IMG/VR virus record: IMGVR_UViG_2892966740_000006
Span: 1-64,000 of that record
Length of the DNA: 64,000 nt
DNA from: a virus
Taxonomy: Duplodnaviria > Caudoviricetes
Reading direction: 5' to 3' (one strand)
Numbering within the stretch: position 1 is the stretch's first letter; each line of letters opens with the position of its first letter. Below the pieces are notes generated by a model, which ran no database searches, was not told the DNA's origin, and saw only the letters and a list, made by a program, of their open reading frames with translations. Shown here in pieces: positions 62,101 to 64,000 of the stretch. The position numbers and the translations under genes were made by a program.

Positions 62101-62619
62101 ATGGACAATTTGATGGAGCTTTCATTCGAGAATCAACCGCTGCAACTGATTGAGCACGACGGACGGCTGTGGCTGAAGTCTGCTGATATTGCTCGCGCGC
62201 TGGGTTATGCGCGATCCGATCGAATGGGGCGTGTTTACGATCGACACCAGGCGGAATTCTCCGCGTCGATGACCACGATTTTACGGACCCCCAGTTTGGG
62301 ACGTGGATCGCCGCCTTTGGAAGAGCGCCTGTTCAGCCTGCGCGGCGCCCACCTGCTCGGCATGTTCGCCCGTACTGCAAAGGGTGTGGCTTTCCGCCGC
62401 TGGGTACTCGACCAGCTTGAAAGCATCGAGGCACAGAACAAGGCCAACCGATCGCTGATGGCAGAATGGTATGAAGCCAAAGCAGAACTCGATAACCAGC
62501 AGCGATTCGCCAGCCTATGCGGAAAAGGATTGAATGACCACAGGCGGCGAAAGCCAACACTAACTCAGCGTGTGATGCAGATTGCTGACCGCATACAGCC
62601 TTCACTGCTACTCACCTAA
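62101..62619 (+). CDS. Bro-N domain protein
   Basis: WLKSADIARALGY, FSLRGAHLLGMFART and FRRWVLD motifs. Confidence 0.85.
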   Translation: MDNLMELSFENQPLQLIEHDGRLWLKSADIARALGYARSDRMGRVYDRHQAEFSASMTTILRTPSLGRGSPPLEERLFSLRGAHLLGMFARTAKGVAFRRWVLDQLESIEAQNKANRSLMAEWYEAKAELDNQQRFASLCGKGLNDHRRRKPTLTQRVMQIADRIQPSLLLT

Positions 62620-62741
62620 CCCGGCCAAGCGCCGGGTTTTTTGTTTCGCACGGTTGCTGGCCACGGCCAAGCGTAGAACCACACGGTAAGCCGTGCACCC
62701 CTATCATTTTTGCGAAATTAACCCCATGAAGAGGTGCATCC

Positions 62742-63302
62742 ATGCCGAAATGCGGGGCATCAACCCGCAAAGGCGGGAAGTGCCAACGCGAGGCGCTGCA
62801 CGGCAAGCGCCGATGCGCCTTGCATGGCGGTAAAAGCACTGGACCTGTAGGACATAAGAACGCCGCCAAGCCGGGCAGCCTCTACAGCACCTACATGACG
62901 CCAGAAGAGCAAGAGATAGCCAGCCAGCTGGAGCTTGGCCGCGTCGATGAAGAGCTACGGCTCACCCGGATACGGCTGATGCGTGCACTGAAGCTGGAGC
63001 AAGAGCGCGGCGGCACGGCGGAACTGGACGAGCGCATCGAGCGCGATGGTGCTGAAAACGTCTCGGCGCGAATGGAAGAGAAGTACAAGGTCCGCGACTA
63101 CGCCGGGATGATCGACAGACTGACGGCGCGGATTGAGTCGCTGGAGGCACGTCGGGCATATCTGATGGGGCAGGAGCAAGAACGCCGAATGCGCGAGCTT
63201 GATCTTGCCGAGAAGGAGCGAGCTGCGTCCGGGTTGATGGGTGGCGTGGACTTTACGGTACGCCGAGCTGGCGAGGAGTTGGGCGATGCGCCGTCAAATT
63301 GA
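62742..63302 (+). CDS. HGGxSTG-domain protein, probable terminase small subunit
   Basis: CGA.TR.G..C...RC.LHGGKSTG; directly before terL. Confidence 0.8.
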   Translation: MPKCGASTRKGGKCQREALHGKRRCALHGGKSTGPVGHKNAAKPGSLYSTYMTPEEQEIASQLELGRVDEELRLTRIRLMRALKLEQERGGTAELDERIERDGAENVSARMEEKYKVRDYAGMIDRLTARIESLEARRAYLMGQEQERRMRELDLAEKERAASGLMGGVDFTVRRAGEELGDAPSN

Positions 63303-64000
63303 CATCCGCCTGACCGTTCCGCAAGAGGACTTCGTGTTCTCGCCTGCCAAGTTTCCAGCCTTCGTCGGCGGGTTTGGAGCCGGAAAGTCAGAGGCGCTGG
63401 TCACACGCCTGCTGTTGCTAAAGCTGCGCTACCCCGGAAACGATGTTGGCTACTTCGCCCCGACCTATGACCTGATCCGCCTGATTGCCTGGCATCGCTT
63501 TGCCGAGAAGCTGGAGCAGTGGGGTATCCCGCACAAGCTCAACAAGTCGGAAAACACTCTGGCTGTTCATGGTGCGGGCCGAGTGATCTTCCGCACGCTC
63601 GATAACCCCGACCGCATCGTCGGCTTCGAGATCGGCGATGCCGGAATCGATGAATTCGACACACTGGCCGAGAAGCAGGCCGACAACGCCCGGAACAAGG
63701 TTTTGGCGCGCTGCGCAAGAAGCCTGACGGACTGCCCAATACCTGCTGCGTGGCGACCACGCCGGAAGGCTTCCGTGCGACGTACCGCAAGTGGGTGAGG
63801 GACGCCAAGGCCGAATATGCACTGTACCGCGCGCCCACGCTGTCGAATCCGTACCTGCCAGCCGATTACGTCGATGGGCTGCGCCAGACCTACCCGCCTA
63901 ACCTGCTGTCGGCCTACATCGAAGGCCAGTTCGTCAACCTGAACTCCGGCGCGGTCTACCCAGACTTCGACCGCCAACTTAATGGCTGTGACACGCTGAT
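63286..64000 (+). CDS. terminase large subunit (partial)
   Basis: GGFGAGKS, APTY, IDEFD and ATTPEGF motifs. Confidence 0.9.

Larger units (their letters stand above)
41631..64000. mobile_element. lambdoid prophage (left arm; also includes ~122..310; continues beyond the window)
   Basis: int-xis, ssb, cI/cro, O, DnaB, nin, Q-like and terS/terL in lambdoid order. Confidence 0.95.

Noticed and set aside
311-64000. Both prophages as heavily decayed, pseudogene-rich remnants
   Set aside because: Breaks cluster at GCCGGC, CCWGG and homopolymers and are repaired by restoring the motif; only the integrase interruption is clearly biological.
1-64000. CRISPR array, diversity-generating retroelement, retron or invertible tail segment
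   Set aside because: No repeat-spacer array, reverse transcriptase or invertase seen; the fibre repeats are protein-level propeller blades.

Overview
The whole window is prophage DNA, probably from a Betaproteobacterium (inferred from gene content). A lambdoid prophage is integrated next to a tRNA-Thr(UGU) at 46..121. Its tyrosine integrase is split by a complete 41,320-bp Mu-like transposable prophage (311..41630, TG...CA ends, 5-bp target duplication CTTGC, genes mostly on the - strand), which strands the catalytic His/Tyr codons at 208..310. The lambdoid prophage resumes at 41631 with int/xis, the early-left operon, an immunity region holding a moron array, O/DnaB replication genes, nin genes, a Q-like gene and terminase. 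Most apparent frameshifts map to GCCGGC or CCWGG sites and look like methylation-induced long-read errors, not pseudogenes. The most notable observations are: (i) a promoter-driven four-way-junction RNA antisense to the end of a MuF gene that has a nuclease-like tail and no immunity ORF; (ii) an unrecognised structured RNA motif present in both unrelated prophages; (iii) a hammerhead ribozyme; (iv) small-peptide plus membrane-protein cassettes missed by the ORF track; and (v) four late promoters with invariant geometry. All assignments are by eye; no database searches were run.
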